DNA of 64,000 bases from Octopus sinensis (lineage: Eukaryota). The position numbers were made by a program, and so were the translations under genes. Location of the stretch: positions 7,316,001 to 7,380,000 of the forward strand of contig NC_043014.1 of assembly GCF_006345805.1 (NCBI RefSeq), given 5' to 3'. Within the stretch, counting starts at the first letter, position 1; each line of letters begins with the position of its first letter. Positions 11,276 through 23,960 of the stretch are shown here, one piece after another. The notes under the pieces were generated by a model, which was not told the origin of the DNA, ran no database searches, and saw nothing but the letters and a program-made list of their open reading frames with translations.

Positions 11276-12846
11276 CTGTGAAAAGAAATATGATAAAAAT
11301 AACAAGAACCAGTGAAATACTGGTTTTTGTTGTTTGCTCCTTCTCGAGCCATGCCTGGCTCATAAGGGCCGGTTTCCTGGTTTCCTTGGCGTATAGGTTC
11401 CCCACCTGGACAGGACCCCAGTCTGTCGAAGGTGAGCTGCAAGATGCAAGAGTGAGAGAAAGTTGTGGCGAAAGAGTCAGCAAAGTTTCGCCATTACCTT
11501 CTGCCGGAGCCGCGTGGAGCTTAGGTGTTTCGCTCATAAACACACACATTGCCTGGTCTGAGATTCAAACCCGCGATCCCTCGACCGCGAGTTCGCTGCT
11601 CTAACCACTAGGCCTTGTGCTTCCACGAAATACTGGTTGATGTAATTGAATTCTCCCTCCCTTTGAAAGTGCTGGTCTTAAGCCAAAATTTAAAACCATT
11701 ATTACCTCTATCATTATTATTAAATTCCCCCAAGGTGGACTTTGCCTTTCATCCTTTCAGGGTTGATAAATTAAGTACCAGTGAAACAGTGGGGTTGATA
11801 TAATCAACTGGTCCCCTCCCCTAAAATTTTGGGCCTTGTGCCTACAGTAGAACCATATGTGCGCGACATGGTGATCTCATATCAAGATGATCAGCGCATG
11901 ACCTAGCATGTGGGGCCCAATTAGAATTTTTTTCTGGTCAAGAATCCCATCCCACTCAAAAGGTCGCTGAATAAGGATTGTTTAAGGATGTTGAATGAAA
12001 TACCCATGTTTCCAGAAGTGAATTATTCAAACCTCAAAGAATCCCTCTCAACACATGGCTATGATGCTCCCCTACTACTTCTGCTCGTGATCAGGGATGC
12101 ACATATCGTCAGCCAATAAGGGACATGCTCAACTGGATATGGTCAAGCAAGCAAGTCTTTGGTTGTGAGCAGAATATTTGCTGTAGCCCATCTTTTATAC
12201 CAAGACAAAACAATGTACATAACACTTCCAATCAGTTAAGATCAAAAGCCATGAGAGCCACTGCCTGGTACTGCATCAGGGCATTTATTATTGTCATCGT
12301 CGTCAGATTCCACCAAGGTCGACTTTGCCTTTCACCTTTTGAAGTTGATAAATTAAGTACCAGTCAAATACTAGGATCAATGTGACCGATTTACCCACAC
12401 CTTGCAAGTTTCCACTCTGCAGAGAGGTTGGAGTTAGGAAGGGCATCCAGCTATAAAATCCCTGCCAAAACAGACACAGTAGCCTGGGATAGTCTTTTAG
12501 AACTTATAAAATTAGCTTCATAAGACGCTAACGTTAAATTCAAATTATGATGAAAGTGAACAAAGTTTGTTTTTTTTCCGTGCCGGTGGCACGTAAAAAG
12601 CACCCACTACACTCACGGAGTGGTTGGCATTAGGATGGGCATCCAGCTGTAGAAACATTGCCAGATAAGACTGGAGCCTGGTGCAGCCTTCTGGCTTCCC
12701 AGATCCCCGGTCGAACCGTCCAACCCATGCTAGCATGGAAAACGGACGTTAAACGATGATGATGATGATGTTGAGATGTATTGAAAGACACAGAAATAAA
12801 TTTTTTTTATCCTCAAACACGTGATAATGCTAAAAAATACGTTACC

Positions 12847-12919
12847 GGCCAACCACGAGACTCGAACTCACATTCCTGTGATTACGTGTCAAGTGCTTTA
12901 CCATTAAGCTAAACTGCCC
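12847..12919 (-). pseudogene. tRNA-Thr(CGT)-like pseudogene or SINE head
   Basis: D stem GCTT/AAGC, T arm GTGAG-TTCGAGT-CTCGT, loop CACGTAA. The acceptor and anticodon stems are damaged. Confidence 0.55.
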
Positions 12920-13089
12920 AGTATCAAATTCTTCTGCAATTTTAGAACTAACGTTAAATTCAGCTTACGATGAAAGTGAACAAAGTTTGTGTTTTTTAGA
13001 AGCGTTGAGATGTATTGAAAGATAGAGAAATAAATATTTTTTTATAATTCTCAAACGCGTTGAGAAAAAAAATGTTAAGCGGAACTTAC

Positions 13090-13150
13090 TTGAAATTCCT
13101 GGGTGTCAGGAGCTGATCCTTTTTCTGAAATTCCGAATTTCCGCAGAAAA
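13090..13150 (-). CDS. TDRD12: Probable exon 11 (FLRKFGISEKGSAPDTQEFQ)
   Basis: catctccacttccag acceptor and GTAAGT donor. At 61 nt it supplies exactly the phase 2 to 0 change needed to reach exon 12. Confidence 0.75.
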
Positions 13151-14324
13151 CTGGAAGTGGAGATGATGTACTTATAAAAAAAAATGCTTATAATGGCAGA
13201 CTTGGTAACTTATTAAGTTGATAGAAACAATACGCTATTCTCTCTGTATAAATGGATGTGTGTGTGTGTGTATGTGTGTGTAGATATATGTTTATCATTG
13301 CCTTTAGTCGAGCAACTCGACCCCAGGACTTATTCTTTGTAAACCTAGAACTTATTCTATCGGTCTCTTTTGCCGAACTGCTAAGTTACAGGGACATAAA
13401 CACACCAGCATAGGTTGTCAAGCGATGTTGGGGGGGACAAACACAGACATACAAACATATACACACATACATCATCATCATCGTTTAATGTCCGCTTTCC
13501 ATGCTAGCATGGGTTGGACGGTTCAACTGGGGTCTGGGAAGCCCGAAGGCTGCACCAGGCCAGTCAGATCTGGCAGTGTTTCTGCGGCTGGATGCCCTTC
13601 CTAACGCCAAGCACTCCGTGAGTGTAGTGGGTGCTTTTTATGTGCCACTGACACAGGTGCCAGACAAGGCTGGCGAACGGCCATGCTCAGATGGTGTCTT
13701 TTACGTGCCACCAGCACGGAGGCCAGGCGAGGGTGGCACGGCCATGATCGGATAGTATTTGTTACGTGCCACCAGCACGGAGGCCAGTCAATGCGGTGCT
13801 GGCTACGGCCATGTTTGGATGGTTCTCTTATGTGCCACCGGCACTGGTACCACAAACTACAAATTCCATTGATGTTGATCGATTTTGATTTTGATTTGAT
13901 TTGATTCTTTAATTTTCACTTGCCTCAACAGGTCTTCACAAGTAGATTTATGTGTCCCAAGAAGGAACGTATGCACAGGTGGACTGACTACGTCCCAGGT
14001 ACATATATTTATATATACATATATACGACAGGCTTCTTTCAGTTTCCGTCTACCAAATCCACTCACAAGGCTTTGGTCGGCCTGAGGCTAGAGTAGAAGA
14101 CACTTGCCCAAGGTGTCACGCAGTGGGACTGAACCCAGAACCATGTGGTTGGTAAACAAGCTACTTACCACACAGCCACTCCTGCGCTACACAATTACAA
14201 ATACAAACAAGAAAATAACAACAGGTCTTTTGACTAATAAAGACGAATCAAATTGACATAGGCCAGTGGTGTGTGTGTGTGTGTATCTATATATATATAT
14301 ATATATATATATAAATATATATAT

Positions 14325-14703
14325 ATAGGCGCAGGAGTGGCTGTGCTAACCAACCACATGGTTCCGGGTTCAGTCCCACTGCATGGCACCTTGGGCAAGT
14401 GTCTTCTACTATAGCCCCAGGCTGACCAATGCCTTGTGAGTGGATTTGGTAGACGGAAACTGAAAGAAACCCGTCGTATATATGTATATATATATATATG
14501 TATGTGTGTCTGTGTTTGTCCCCCTAGCATTGCTTGACAACTGATGCGGTGTGTTTATGTCCCCGTTACTTAGCGGTTCGGCAAAATTACCGATAGAATA
14601 AGTACTGGGCTTACAAAAAGAATAAATCCTGGGGTCGAGTTGTTCGATTAAAGGCGGTGCTCCAGCATGGCCGCAGTCAAATGACTGAAAGAAGTAGAAG
14701 AGT
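14325..14703 (+). mobile_element. SINE family A
   Basis: Near full-length copy with a small head deletion. Confidence 0.85.
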
Positions 14704-14998
14704 ATATATATAAAAATTATTATCATTTTAAAATCTGCTAAAAACAACAAGGTTTTGTTCCAGCATGGCCACAGCCCTACAACTATAACAATTAATAAGA
14801 AAAAAAAATACAAGGGAAAGAGGAGAGAGTGGAACAAGAATTTATCTCTAAGTCTGTTTCCGACTCTAAAAAAAAACTCTAAAACTCCACTCTAACTCTT
14901 ACAGTTCTTCATGAAGGAGCAAGTGGGCATTAGGGAAGACCCAGACTTTGAATTGGGATACGAGTAAAGAACAAATAAAAAAAGAATCAGCAACTTAC

Positions 14999-15058
14999 TC
15001 CTTGGCCTGGAATGAGTTCATGACTTGTTCTTGGACATCAGCTGTTTTGCTGAGTGAT
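14999..15058 (-). CDS. TDRD12: Probable exon 10, symmetric 60 nt (SLSKTADVQEQVMNSFQAK)
   Basis: tttaccatttcag acceptor and GTAAGT donor. Open only in phase 2-2. Confidence 0.7.
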
Positions 15059-15104
15059 CTGAAATGGTAAACAACAAGAGATGGAATTATTAAATAAAAT
15101 AAAA

Positions 15105-15152
<48 letters not shown>

Positions 15153-15282
15153 TAAATTATATGTATATCATCATCATCATCATCATCATCGTTTAGCATG
15201 GAAAGCGGACGTTAAACGATGATGATGATGATGATGATGATATACATATAATTTAATATAATATATATATATATATATATAT

Positions 15283-15642
15283 TCTCTTTTACTTGTTTCA
15301 GTCATTTGACTGCAGCCATGCTAGAGCACCGCCTTTAGTCGAGCAAATCGACCCCGAGACTTAGTCTTTGTAAGCCCAGTACTTATTCTATTGGTCTCTT
15401 TTGCCGAACCGCTAAGTGACGGGGACGTAAACACACCAGCATCGGTTGTCAAGCGATGTTGGGGGGAAAAAACATAGACACGCAAACATATACACACACA
15501 TACAGTTTCCATCTACCAAATCCACTCACAAGGCTTTGGTCGGCCTGAGGCTATAGCAGAAGACACTTGCCCAAGATGCCACGCAGTGGGACTGAACCTA
15601 GAACCATGTGGTTGGTTAGCAAACTACTTACCACACAGCCAC
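15283..15642 (-). mobile_element. SINE family A
   Basis: Reverse-oriented copy. Confidence 0.85.
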
Positions 15643-15663
15643 ATGTATGTATGTATATATATA

Positions 15664-16195
15664 CTAGCAGCATAGCCCAGCGTTGCCCAGGTATGTAAGA
15701 GCCCCTAGTAGGCAACGACTAATCCCAATCTAGTCCTTTCCCTCTAGGAAACGAAGGTGCATGTGTAGGTTGCAATGTCTTCTGTGTATACAATGTTCCT
15801 AGCTGTCCCTTTAGGCGAAAACGCGATTTCCCAAAATGGCATGATTTTATCGATTTTTTCTGATGGTAAGGTATTGCATGGAAAACTAACGTCAGAATTA
15901 AGTTTCTTAAGGTAACATTAAGCTTCACCATGAGTTTGGTGAAAATCGATTGCAAGTTGCGAAAACTACAACAGAAAATGTGTTGCATATAAAAAGCTTA
16001 GATTCTCGACCCCATGTCGAATTTATCGATTTTTTTCAAAACTGGGGGAACTTTTCAAAATTTTCGCTGCGTTAGTTTTGAATTATGACATTGGGCTATG
16101 TGTGTGTCAAGTTTCATCAGAATCGGTTGAAAGCCGTGGTCAGGGTGAGGGTACAACCTCACAGACAGACAAACTGCCGTTTATATAGAGAGAGA
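15664..16195 (-). mobile_element. Non-autonomous Helitron, different internal sequence
   Basis: TC start and hairpin-CTAG end on the minus strand. Confidence 0.75.
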
Positions 16196-17878
16196 TAATG
16201 TCCCCTCCCCTTTTAAAGGATCTTTCTCTTGCAAGTTATTTGGTGACCCTGCCAGTGCTGATGCCACATAAAAAGCATAGTCTACACTGTGAAGTGGTCG
16301 GCATTTGGAAGGGCATCCAGCTGTAAAAACCTTGTCAAAACTAACCTCGCCTGTGCCACATAAAACACCAAGTCCACTCTGCAGAGAGGTTGGTGTTAGG
16401 AAGGGCATTCAGTCATAAAAGCACTGCTAAAACAGACGCAGGAGGCTGGTGCAGGCTCTTACCCAGCCAGCTCCAGTCAAACTGTCCAACCCATCCCAGC
16501 ATGGACAGCAGACACTAACCAACGATTATATATATAAATATATATATATACATACAAGGGGGTGCTAAAAAGGTGCCAGGGGAGGCTGGCAGTGCCCACA
16601 ATCAGTTGGTGCTTTTTACGTTCCACTGGTACAAGCCAACCAGTGGCACGTAAAAAGCACCAACCAATCATGGCCGCTGACAGCCTCCCTTGGCACCTGT
16701 GCCGGTGGCACGTAAAAACCACCCACTACACTCACAGAGTGGTTGACGTTAGGAAGGGCATCCAGCTGTAGAAACGCTGCCTGATCAAGATTGAAGCCTG
16801 GTGCACCCTCCTGGTTTCCCAGATCCTGGTCAAACCGTCTAACCCGTGCAAGCACGGAAAACAGATGTTAAACAATGGACTATTATTTTATTCAGCTCCG
16901 TAAAAACAAACTCAGAAGGTTTGGCCTCAAACCAGGCCTTTAAAAAACCTTAAAAGCCAGGAACTTTACAGCCCTCCCCCTCATATACACACACACTCAG
17001 ATATATGCTAGACTTCCACACAGCTTCCCTCTAACAAATTCACTCGCAAGGCATTGGTTGGCTTGAAACCATAGCAGAAGACACACACCCAAGGCATCAT
17101 ACAGTGGGACTGAACCCAAAATTATGTGGTTGCCAAGTGAGTTTCTTAACCGCACAGCCACTCCTGTGCTTAATAATGCTGTTAGAATACTGGGACGAAC
17201 TTTCTAATTTCCTACATAAATGGGTTGAAAATGTCACATGAAAAACAAAAAAATGTTGTCGTAAGAAGCTTGCTTCCTAAAAACATGGTTCTGGGTTCAG
17301 TCCCACTGTGTGGTATCTTGGGCCAGCCAAAGCCTTCTGAGTGGATTTGGTAGACAGAAACTGAACGAAGCCCATTGTGTATATGTGTGTGTTAGTTAGT
17401 TAGTTAGTTAGTTAATTTTTTGGCTCAAAAAGCAAAAAGCAAGGCCATGTAGGGGGACATGGAGTTATGTACAAGGTGGTGTTCATGTAAAGAGTTCAGG
17501 CAACTTGTGGTCAAGGGAGACTTTGAACCAAGCGGTCATCGGCATCTTCACCATCTCGTCCGGCAGCTTATTCCACAGATCCGCAACCCAGATGGAGAAA
17601 GCCCCTCTCCTTCGATTGAGATGAAATCGTCGCAGATAGAGCTTTTCGGAGTGACCCCGCAGCCGACGTTCTGGAGCAAGGAGTGAAGAACAGCTCTTTC
17701 GAGAGGTTACACTTTCCGCTTATGATGTTGTGAGCATGTGTGTGTGTGTACTTATGCATATATTTTTGTGTCTGTGTTTGACCCCACAATTAAGCGGCAG
17801 CTGGAGTCAGAGTCAGTAAAACTACACTGACTCTGATTCCGACTCACAATATTTTTATTCTTTAATATAAACCAGTTA

Positions 17879-18256
17879 TCTATATATATAAAAGTGAAGT
17901 TGTGTGTCTGTCTCCTACGATTTAGATTCCTAACTACTCCCACATTTTGCGGTGCAGTTTAACCAAAACCGGGTATCTTATAGTCGTGATTCATATCGAG
18001 CCCGTCTGGGTATTAGCACACGTCTACGATGAGTCTACGATTTTAAAAATAATTTACCATCATTTTTTTCCATTTTAAGGCATTTTTCTTTAAAGGGAAG
18101 TAACTCTCTAAAAATGTCTGATGAGTCAACGATTTTAAAAAAAATTTACCATCATATTTTTTCCATTTTTAATGCATTTTTTTGGCTATAACTCTCTAAA
18201 AATGCTTTATAGTTATTTCCCTTACAAACCCGAGCAACGCCGGGCGATACTGCTAG
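17879..18256 (+). mobile_element. Non-autonomous Helitron nested in a (GGAGTC)n-type MITE (~17790-18394)
   Basis: A|TCTATATATATAAA...cccgagcaacgccgggcgatactgCTAG|T. Confidence 0.85.
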
Positions 18257-20197
18257 TAACATATATGTCCTCTCAAAGTACAAGTGTATGCATCTGCTTC
18301 ATGAGATATGTAGACCACAATCACTTAATTACATAAAGAGGAGTCAGAGTCGGAGTCGGAGTCAAGAGTCTTTTGTTTCAGCTCCATAGCCCTGTTCTTA
18401 AGTTGACCAATGTCTTGTCAGTAGACTGTGGTAGGAGGAAACAGTGAGGGAGTCGATGCAAGTAAAGCAGTGTGGTAACAAAGCTTGCTTCCCAATCACA
18501 TGATTTCGGGTTCATTCCCACTGCATGGCACCTTGGGCAAGTGTCTTTTACTATAGTCCCCAACTGACCAAAGCTTCATGAGTGGATTTGGTAGACAGAA
18601 ACTGAGCTGGCAGAAACGTTAGCACACCGGGCGAAATGCTTAGCGGTATGTCGTCTGCCGCTACGTTCTGAGTTCAAATTCTGCTGAGGTCGACTTTGCC
18701 TTTCATCCTTTCGGGGTCAATTAAATAAGTACCAGTTATGCATTGGTGTCGATATAATCGACTTAATCCGTTTGTTCCCTCTATGTTTAGCCCCTTGTGG
18801 GTAGTAAAGAAATAGGTATTTCGTCTGCCGCTATGTTCTGAGTTCAAATTCTGCTGAGGTTGACTTAGCCTTTCATCCTTTCAGGGTCAATTAAATAAGT
18901 ACCAGTTACACACATATATATATGTATGTGTGTGTGTAAATGCTTGTGTGTCTGTGTTTGTCCCCGTAACTTAGTGGTTCAGCAAAAGAGACCAATAGAA
19001 TAAGTACTAGGCTTACAAAGAATAAGTCCTGGGGTCGATTTGCTCGACTAAAGGCAGTGCTCCAGCATGGCCACAGTCAAATGACTGAAACAAATAAAAG
19101 AGTATACACGTATATTCCACTACTATTTTCTTACTGCAGTGTATATATTCCTCCCACGACCTCACCTAAAATCATCTTCCACTCTTCTATAATGTCCCTC
19201 TAATATGGAGGTTTTTCAGTGTTGCATGTTACAAGGCAACCTCACATGTGTAGTTGCTATACTAAAACTATATTTTGTGAAGTGAATGGCAAATTGGTGA
19301 GGCACACAGTGAAGAGAACTCCTTAATCTTGCCAAACGTAAGACAATCTCTGCATGGCAAAATCTCTAAGAGTTATCGCCATAAAAAAATGAGTCCAACA
19401 GCATTAAAATCCATCGTTTGTATGACTTCTCTGATGAGTGGAAGCTGAAAAGCTCCTGGCTTTATGTAAAAGTATCAGCTACATTAGGACATAACACAAC
19501 CAAAACATTTACTAATCCTTCAATTCTTAAAATATAAACTGTTATTTGTTGTACTGTTTATTAGTCCTAAGACACCTGCTTTTTACCATTATTGTTTTTT
19601 GTATTTTATATTCGTGTGGCATCGTCCGTTTTTCTGTCCCTGTCTCGTATACATTCGATCCTTCTTCCAAGAAATCTAATGCTCGTAGCTTAGTTTTTCC
19701 TTGGGGCTGGCCGGATCGGAGCGATCTCAAGATTAATCAGCCGAAATTGCTAGGATGATCCGGTTCTTGACTGAAGATTGAAGGCTTCGAATGTCCCGTC
19801 CGTGTTTTTTGTATCGTCCTCTTAATGTTTTGCGTTCTTGTCCCAGTTTGTATTTTTCTACATATAATATATATATATATGAGCGTCCAATAATACTATA
19901 TTTGTTCCACGTCCTCGCGTTTTTTTGTTTTCTTGTTTGGATGAACTATATATATATACTAGCTTAAGGTGACCCGCTCAACGCGCGGGTAAGTGTGCGT
20001 GTATAAACGCTCAATAAACACTCACAACGCCTGGTCTAGGAATCGAAACCGCGATCCACCGACTGTAAGTTTGCTGCCCTAACCACTGGGACATTGTGTC
20101 TCCACACACACATATATATATATATATATTAAGAATGCCATAATGGACCGTTAGCTCCTACACGCATTTTTTTCTCTTCTTGTTTCTTTTCTGTGTA

Positions 20198-20235
20198 TCT
20201 TTCTGTCGAAGAGCATAGGCTCGAAACGTAAAAGA
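20198..20235 (+). ncRNA. Minimal hammerhead-ribozyme-like motif with a one-base core change
   Basis: TCTTT-CTGTCGA-A-GAG catagg CTC-GAAA-CG-T-A-AAAGA. Confidence 0.55.
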
Positions 20236-20622
20236 CTTGTTCTATTTCTATTCCTGAGCGCCATACTAATACATTTGTTTGTTTGTACTCCACCTGCCTT
20301 CGTCTTTTGTTTATTTTCGTAAACCTTCCCATTATATATATTAGATTGAGAGAGACTGTGTGTGTGATGTTACAGAATTGAATATTCAGAAAAAAAGTCG
20401 TCAGAATTCTGGGAAAAAATCCTTCATTATTATTAGCGTTTTCGTGTTCTAGAGAGGAACAAAAGCACTAATAATAAGGAAGAAATAAAAGGATCCTTTT
20501 CCAAAATTCTGACTGCTTTTTTCAATATACATTTATATGTACACACACACACACACATATATATTTCTTTACTACCCACAAGGGGCTAAACGAGGACAGA
20601 CAAATGGATTAAGTCGACTACA

Positions 20623-22913
20623 GGAGTTGTGCTCTTCACCACAACTCCTGAAGCGGTTATCAATTGCACTACGGAGGAACCTCTAGGTGACTCTGATCAT
20701 GCTATGATCATCGCCAATCTGGCTCTTGCGGGCAACAAACACCTGAACCATCTCCAATCTGCTTCCTGCGATTGGAAGAGAGCAGATTGGAACCTGTACC
20801 ACACTGAACTACAGCACCCAAACTGGCGTGAATTCTACAACTCTGGAGATGTGAATACTATACTCCAGAGTATCCCGGACTCAATATGGGCAGCATGTGC
20901 AGCATCAGTGCCACGTAAACAAAAAAAGAAGAACCGCCCCAAAAGGGCAATTTGGGAAACTTCAGCAGTCCGACTTGCCAGGAAGGAACATCGGACTGCT
21001 GAACAGGAATACAAGTTGCATAATCAGACACCAACAGGAAGAAGCAGAATAAATCCTCCAACCATCTCAAGCAAGTGAAAAAATGCAGTGCTTGAATTTG
21101 AACAGTGCATAGCAGCCAATCCTGACAGCAAGGTTTTCTGGAAATGGTGCATTCAAAGCAGAGACCTCACTCTCCAGTGGGCCCTCTTCGCAACCCTCAC
21201 ACGAACCAGATCACTGACGACCCCAAGGAATGCACAGAACTCATTGCCAAGTGCTATGCAAACATATTCACTGTCGAAAGTCAAAATGTACCATCTTCAC
21301 CATCACTAACAGCAAACTCCATAACAACTATGGAATTTACACCTGCAATGCTGCCGTCACCTTCAAAATAAGCGCAACTATGCCTCCCCTGGTCTCAATG
21401 GAGTTACATACCTGCTTCTCAAACGTGGCAGGCACTTCCTTTTACACCAGCTTTCTATTTTCTTCCAGTACTGTCTCAACAATGGTGCTACTCCGGAGCA
21501 GTGGAAAACTGCCAGTGTCATTCCTCTGTTCAAAAAGGGTGACCGCACATCACCTGTCAACTATCGCCCAGTCAGTCTCACTAGCTGTATTGCAAAACTG
21601 ATGGAATCGTGTGTCAGAGAAACACTCTGGAACTTCTGGAGCTCTCACAGTCTCATCCGACCCTCACAATATGGATTTTTCCCTAACTCCAGCTGCAGTG
21701 ACCAGCTTGTCGAGTTCCTTGAGGACATTACTCAGATCACTGACAGTGGCTCATGGGTGGATGTTGTCTACCTTGACTTTGCTAAGGCTTTCAACTCTGT
21801 ACCACACAAAAGGCTTATGGTGAAACTCTCTGCAATGGGTGTGGGGGATGACCTTTTTAACTGGTTGAAATCCTTCATCCTCAGCCGAAAGGAGGTAGTC
21901 ACAGTTCTAGGACAGCACTCTACACCATATGAGATGTCATCGAGTGTACCACAGGGATCTGTCCTTGGTCCCCTCCTGTTTGTGGCATACATTAATGACA
22001 TAGATGCCAATTTAAAGAATGCCACAGTATTGAAATATGCAGACGACATCAAGCTGTACCATGAAATCAAGAGGACTGATCCTGATGTCTACAACTCTTT
22101 CCTGCAATCAGACCTAGACACAATGCAGCAATGGATCACAGACTGGCAACTGAAACTGGCTGTGGACAAGTGTACCACCATGCATTTTGGGAGAAAAAAA
22201 AACCTGCGTCCACATACTCCCTCCACAACACTGATATCAAGAAATCCTCTTGCGAGCGTGACCTAGGCATCACTGTCAGCAGTGATTTGCGTTGGACAAA
22301 GCATATCTCTAAAATTGTCAAGAAGGCCGAGGGTGTCTTGGCATCACTCAGCAAGACTTTTGTTAGCCGCTCTCCAGCATCTATTTAAAACTGTATACAG
22401 CTATGGTACGACCACACTTGGAATTCGCATCATCAGTTTGGAATCCCTATCTTGCTCAGAACATTGACCTCCTGGAATCTGTCCAGAGACGTGCAACCAA
22501 ACGCATACCCTCCATCAGACACCTACCATATTCTGAGCGCCTTGTTTCCCTGGGCATGGATTCACTGAAGCTCCGGCGTCTGGCGACGGACTTGGTAAAC
22601 ACCCACAAGGTTATCAACCATCTCACCAACAACAACACTGAACACCTTTTTGATCTCCATGTGTCTAACACACATGGACATGCCTACAAAGTCAGAAAAC
22701 AGCACAGCTCCCATGACTTTCGGAAACATTTTTTCATGCTCAGGGTTGCTGAAGCGTGGAATAAACTGCCTGCATCAGTTGTTGACTGCCATGACACTGC
22801 ATCCTTTAAGGCCCTCATGCTTCCCGAAATCCGTCGAAACTACACCTGATTATATATACACTTTAGATGAGTTGTAGTGCACCTGAGCACTGTACACAAT
22901 TATTATTATTATT
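20623..22913 (+). mobile_element. CR1/L2-like LINE, ~2.3 kb, frameshifted ORF2 (endonuclease end and RT), inserted in a family B SINE
   Basis: DSDHAMI; YRPVSLTS; VDVVYLDFAKAFNSVPH; VPQGSVLGPLLF; YADDIKLY; MVRPHLEFAS; (ATT)n tail. Confidence 0.93.
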
Positions 22914-23559
22914 ATTACATCGACCCCAGTGCGTAACTGGTACTTAATTTATCGACCTCAAAAGGATGAAAGGCAAAGTCGACCACGGCGGAATTTGAAC
23001 CCAGAACGTAACGGCAGACGAAATACGGCTACGCATTTCGCCCGGCGTGCTAACGATTCTGCCAGATATATATATATATATACACATACATATATATATA
23101 TATTATATATATAAATTAGGCACAGGCATGGCTGTATGGTTAAGGTCACTTTACAACTACATGGCTTCGGGTTCAGTCCCACCGCATGGCACCTTGGTCA
23201 AGTGTCTTCTATTATAACCTTGGGTTGGCCAGTGTCCTGGGAATTAATTTGGTAGACAGAAACTGTAGAAGCCCTTTGTGTGTGTGTATTCCAGTCCAAT
23301 TTGGCAGTTTCTATAGCTGGATGCATTTCCTAACACCAACCTCTTTATCCAGCACACTAGATGGTGTTAGGAAGGGCATCCAACTGTAGGAACCATGCCA
23401 AACCAGACTGGAGTCTGGTGCTGCTCTTCAGTGTTGGTTAATCTATCCAACCCATGCCAGCATGGACAATGGACATTAATTAATCTTTTCTACTATAGGC
23501 GCAAGGCCCAAAATTTTGATGGAAGGGGTGAGTCAACTCAGTAGAATTTGAACTCAAAA

Positions 23560-23960
23560 CATAGCGGCAGAAAAAATACCTATTTCTTTACTACCCACAA
23601 GGGGCTAAACACAGAGAGGACAAACGGAGTAAGTTGATTATATCGACCCCAGTGCGTAACTGGTACTTATTTAATCAACCCCGAAAGGATGAAAGGCAAA
23701 GTCGACCTCGGCGGAATCTGAACTCACAACGGCAGACGAAATACCTATTTCTTTATTACCCACAAGGGGCTAAACACAGAGAGGACAAATAAACGGATTA
23801 AGTTGATTATATCGACCCCAGTGCGTAACTGGTAATTATTTAATCGACCCCGAAAGGATGAAAGGCAAAGTCGACCTCGGCGGAATTTGAACTCAGAACG
23901 TAGCAGCAGACGAAACACCACTAAGCATTTCGCCTGGCATGCTAATGTTTCTGCCAGTAG
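23560..23960 (-). mobile_element. SINE family B multimer; other multimers at ~18603-18910, ~48170-48790 and ~56600-57120; monomers at ~22915-23065 and ~37660-37885
   Basis: Repeated B units joined at gtaaagaaata-ggtatttcgtctg. Confidence 0.8.

Noticed and set aside
19135-19165. 31-nt candidate micro-exon with good splice sites
   Set aside because: Entering in phase 2 gives an immediate TGA.
19431-19455. CTGATGA...GAAA hammerhead candidate
   Set aside because: No stem I pairing and a poor stem II.
19765-19800. CTGAAGA...CGAA motif in a T-rich Penelope-like repeat
   Set aside because: GAAA is incomplete and stem I is not evident; too degenerate to call.
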